A DNA stretch of 64,000 bases, taken from positions 17,343 through 81,342 of IMG/VR virus record IMGVR_UViG_3300035698_012707; one strand, 5' to 3'. Positions 60,829 through 64,000 of the stretch are shown one piece after another. Source of the DNA: a virus. Position numbers and translations under genes: made by a program. The first letter of the stretch is position 1. Each line of letters opens with the position of its first letter. Under the pieces are notes generated by a model, which saw nothing but the letters and a program-made list of their open reading frames with translations, searched no databases and was not told the DNA's origin.

Positions 60829-61343
60829 AAATTACCTCCTGTATTAGTGTCTGTGAAATAACAGACCATTATTTATTATTCTTAATTGTCCACTTGCTTC
60901 AACTATTCCTTCGTCAAGATCAGTTATGCGATCATCAAAATCCCTCATAGTTACAGCCCACACTTCTTCATAGTCTACCATGGTCTGAGATCCAGTATAA
61001 GCTAAAATTCCTGAGGCAGAATACTGCAAATCATACACGCCTGACGCTATGCAAGCCATTTGTTCCTGTATTGTTCCTGATGGGCATGGACTCATGTCTT
61101 CTCCTTAATGTGTGTGTGTTCTTAATTCTTCTCTCGCGCTAACAAGATCGCTTAAAAGTTCTCTTAAACAACCTTCTAGAGCATCTAACTTAGTCTCAAG
61201 CGCTACCTGGTCTGCAGATACATCTACATTCACAGAGTTAACGTCCGTTCTTTTTGCTCTACTGGATATGTCATCTTGAACATTTGCAAGCTGTTGCCTA
61301 AGAACATCTATTTGCTCTTGAAGTGTTGCCATATCAAACTCCT

Positions 61344-62552
61344 TTATACTGTTGTGTATGTAAGCGTAACTGAATCTAGCACCGGTGTTGTCGAAGAATT
61401 AGTTCCCTGAATAAGCTCTACCAGTAAATACATGGTCTCAGTAGCATATGCAGATACATCTAAAGTACTGCTAGGTATTATTGGATTAGATGTGCTAGAC
61501 CACAACGGAACTCCTGCGTCAAAATCTCCTTCAGTTGGATACAAAGACACCTTACATTGTATATTATCATACATTGGATAAGTAGTCAAAGAAGTAATCC
61601 TATTGAATACACCTGTATCCCAATCTGGAAGAGATACCTTCACTCCTACTTTACCGTTTGTCTTGTATTCTACTTTTTCTATTCCTATTTCCTGAGCTCC
61701 ATACACAAAGGTTTTATAATCATCTTCTATTGCATGATTGTCTTGTTTAAACTTAAAAGTAAACCCTACAGGTTGTATGTCGTTAAACAAATACTTCTTC
61801 CTTGTTGCATTGTCTTCTCCCGCTGTTGGAAACGTTGGGAGAACTAAGTCTTGTGCTGTAAGAGTGTTATATGTTACCGAAGTTATGTCAGACGTCCCTT
61901 CTGGGTAAGGGAATATGTATATAGAATTTACATTAGGATTGCTCATCGACGGCAAAAGAATATCCATCTTACATGTTACTTCTCCCTTTGCGTAGTCCCT
62001 GCTAAATCTAGTTTTTCTTTCCCAGAATGACTGATTGTTTCCGTTAAAAGCTCTAAGGGGGCTTGTCTCCTCTACCTTAAGGCTACCTCCCTCATCCAAA
62101 GGAGTAACAGAAACTGATAAATTTGGTGATTGATATATTTCACCAGTATTTATGTTTACTGTATATACTTTTGAAAAACTATTACTTACAGGGAGAGTAG
62201 CTATACCAAAGTCAGTATCAACATAGCACCTGTCTGATGGCGACAGACTATCTGGAAATAATACATTCTTAGTTCTATAAAATTCTTCATGAAACATTTT
62301 ATACCCTGAAGCGCTCTGCTGGTAAGCATGCATTACCCCACTTACGGCATAGAGTCTCTCATTAAGAGCGTCTGTCTCATGCTTTAAAGTAGACTTAAGC
62401 TCATCTAAATCAATAGCCTGTGAAGAAGCCTCCTCAAATATGGTATTAAGGTCGTATAGTATCTCCTCAAAATTGCTGTTCATGTCAGCCGAAGAACTAT
62501 TCCCTCGCCATGTGGGTTCTATCGGTGAAAAAGTTGGTATTAAAGCACACAT
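61344..62552 (-). CDS. Probable virion structural protein
   Basis: SS..MN..F..I..DL N-terminus, beta-rich body, TPVL..V.L end. Confidence 0.5.
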   Translation of the reverse strand: MCALIPTFSPIEPTWRGNSSSADMNSNFEEILYDLNTIFEEASSQAIDLDELKSTLKHETDALNERLYAVSGVMHAYQQSASGYKMFHEEFYRTKNVLFPDSLSPSDRCYVDTDFGIATLPVSNSFSKVYTVNINTGEIYQSPNLSVSVTPLDEGGSLKVEETSPLRAFNGNNQSFWERKTRFSRDYAKGEVTCKMDILLPSMSNPNVNSIYIFPYPEGTSDITSVTYNTLTAQDLVLPTFPTAGEDNATRKKYLFNDIQPVGFTFKFKQDNHAIEDDYKTFVYGAQEIGIEKVEYKTNGKVGVKVSLPDWDTGVFNRITSLTTYPMYDNIQCKVSLYPTEGDFDAGVPLWSSTSNPIIPSSTLDVSAYATETMYLLVELIQGTNSSTTPVLDSVTLTYTTV

Positions 62553-62828
62553 ATCTATCCTCCTTAAAATATTGGATCTTGTGTAGCGTGTATATATGTC
62601 ATCATGTTAAATTCATCTTCTAGCTCTGAAATTTCTGAACTCAAGTCCTTAAGTCTTCCGCTGGGGTCAAGGTATCCGGATGCCAGGGCATCAAAGTCTC
62701 CTTGGTGCATATTAAATTGATCATATATATTAAAGATGTCAACATAAGCTTCTTCTAGGGTTACCGCTATCTTGTTAGATTCAGTAGCCCCAAAGTATAT
62801 GTGATTTCTCTTGGTCATTGATACTCTT

Positions 62829-63068
62829 TTATCGAATGTCATTTTTACCCTTCCTTAGCGTCCAAGCTTCTTTAAATTTGTCTAATGCCTCATCCCCTAT
62901 GTACCAATCTTCGCCCCATTTTATGGCTGGCTTAGCCAACTTAACTACCACATCTTTTTTAAATTTATATGGCACCTTGTTCTGTACGCAGAATATAAAA
63001 AAATCTTTAAACATGTCTGCACATATTGGGCATCCACCTATTGGATAGTAGTAAACTTTATCTCCCAT
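62829..63068 (-). CDS. Glutaredoxin-like protein
   Basis: GCPIC and PAI......IG. Confidence 0.45.
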   Translation of the reverse strand: MGDKVYYYPIGGCPICADMFKDFFIFCVQNKVPYKFKKDVVVKLAKPAIKWGEDWYIGDEALDKFKEAWTLRKGKNDIR

Positions 63069-63079
63069 ATTGTCCCCTT

Positions 63080-64000
63080 TTATACTGCTATTTCAGTTAT
63101 TGTTATACCAGAAGCCATTGTTCCACCCATTTTTCTTGCAGAGCCCGATCCATTGAATGTAAAGGTTCCAGAAGTACCTCCTACTCTTACCCTGAATGTA
63201 GTAGAACTTGTTGTACCGGCCGACATGTAGTGTGTGAAATTATATATACCCCCTCTACCATTTACTTCATAATCAGAAATACAAGCCAAAGCATTAAGTG
63301 TAGCATCTTGGAACAAAGCTACAGTGTTGAATACTGCGCCACCATTATCACCCTGAACAGTTACATCTATTTTTAGCTTGTTAGTAGCGCTAGTCGGGGT
63401 AATAGCAAGTGTCATATATTCGTCCCCCTCAGTACTCTGCGGAACGGTATCGTCAAAAGGCATAATTGTAGCACCCGTATTTACCTCACCATCCTGCACA
63501 TTAACTACCTGGACTGTCTGCCCTGATCTCATAGAACCTACGCCAGACCCAAGTTCAGTTATAACTATACTGGAAGCCAAGGTTCCACCCCAATTTCTAA
63601 CTCCAACTTCTCCGTTAAAAGTTATTGTTCCTGCAGTAGCAGAGCCCGCTCTAACTCTAAAGGTAATAGGAGAAGTAGATCCTGCAGTCATTATATATGA
63701 AAAACTTAACGCTTGGATAGCTTCTGTTTGATTGTCAAAAGTAGAAGCAGTTGCTAAAGCATCTACATCCGAATCTTTAAATAAACAACCTATAATTTTA
63801 GACTGTGTGCTCATAGAACACATAAGATCCACATCTATCTTTAAGATGCTGTTAGAGCTTGTTGGTGTTATAGCAAGAGTCATAAACTCGTTACCTTCTG
63901 TAATTTGAGGAATAGTATCATCATCAGGTATTGTAGTTGAGCCAGTCAACATTTCACCGTCTTGTGTTTGTACTTGTTGAATGGTTATTCCGCCCCCACC
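63080..64000 (-). CDS. C-terminal part of a tail-fibre/virion protein with a duplicated beta domain (5' end outside window)
   Basis: Two copies of QDGE..TG.T..P.DDT.PQ.TEG.E.MTLAITPTS....LKIDV...TFRVR.G...TFNG...GGT.AS.I.ITE; frame open to the window end. Confidence 0.65.
   Translation of the reverse strand, partial: GGGGITIQQVQTQDGEMLTGSTTIPDDDTIPQITEGNEFMTLAITPTSSNSILKIDVDLMCSMSTQSKIIGCLFKDSDVDALATASTFDNQTEAIQALSFSYIMTAGSTSPITFRVRAGSATAGTITFNGEVGVRNWGGTLASSIVITELGSGVGSMRSGQTVQVVNVQDGEVNTGATIMPFDDTVPQSTEGDEYMTLAITPTSATNKLKIDVTVQGDNGGAVFNTVALFQDATLNALACISDYEVNGRGGIYNFTHYMSAGTTSSTTFRVRVGGTSGTFTFNGSGSARKMGGTMASGITITEIAV

Noticed and set aside
1-64000. Stop-codon reassignment
   Set aside because: Conserved genes are full length in code 11, all three stops are used at coupled gene junctions, and no suppressor tRNA was seen
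1-64000. Bacterial chromosome origin (FtsZ, RecA, NusG, GroES, tmRNA present)
   Set aside because: These are divergent and lack their usual operon context; the small-ORF density, primase-helicase fusion, HNHs, holin-like and fibre genes indicate a phage

Overview
AT-rich, gene-dense window from what looks like a large (jumbo/huge) bacteriophage genome read in the standard code. The + arm (1-34.2 kb) converges on the - arm (34.5-64 kb) at a structured intergenic region. The + arm opens with a ubiquitin-like conjugation module: a head-to-tail di-Ubl with GG after each unit, a coiled-coil/E2-like protein and a JAB peptidase; no E1 is visible. It continues with many small ORFs, replication/repair and nucleotide genes (SSB, UDG, RecA-like, resolvases, ThyX, HAD nucleotidase, DUF5664), FtsZ/tubulin, GroES, a NusG paralog, a free-standing LeuRS C-terminal-like domain and a cluster of 8 tRNAs with atypical tRNA-like RNAs. 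The - arm holds CspA, a sigma-like factor, an ~18 kb glycosyltransferase/methyltransferase/LicD cluster interrupted by a split, intein-containing class III RNR, Hsp20, a primase-helicase, a tmRNA with a predicted 52-residue tag, Cas4-like nucleases, holin-like genes and probable virion genes. Most notable: the polyubiquitin-like system, a WDxxxN short motif shared by 13 unrelated proteins, the long tmRNA tag, and several unannotated structured RNAs. All calls come from reading motifs by eye; no searches were run.
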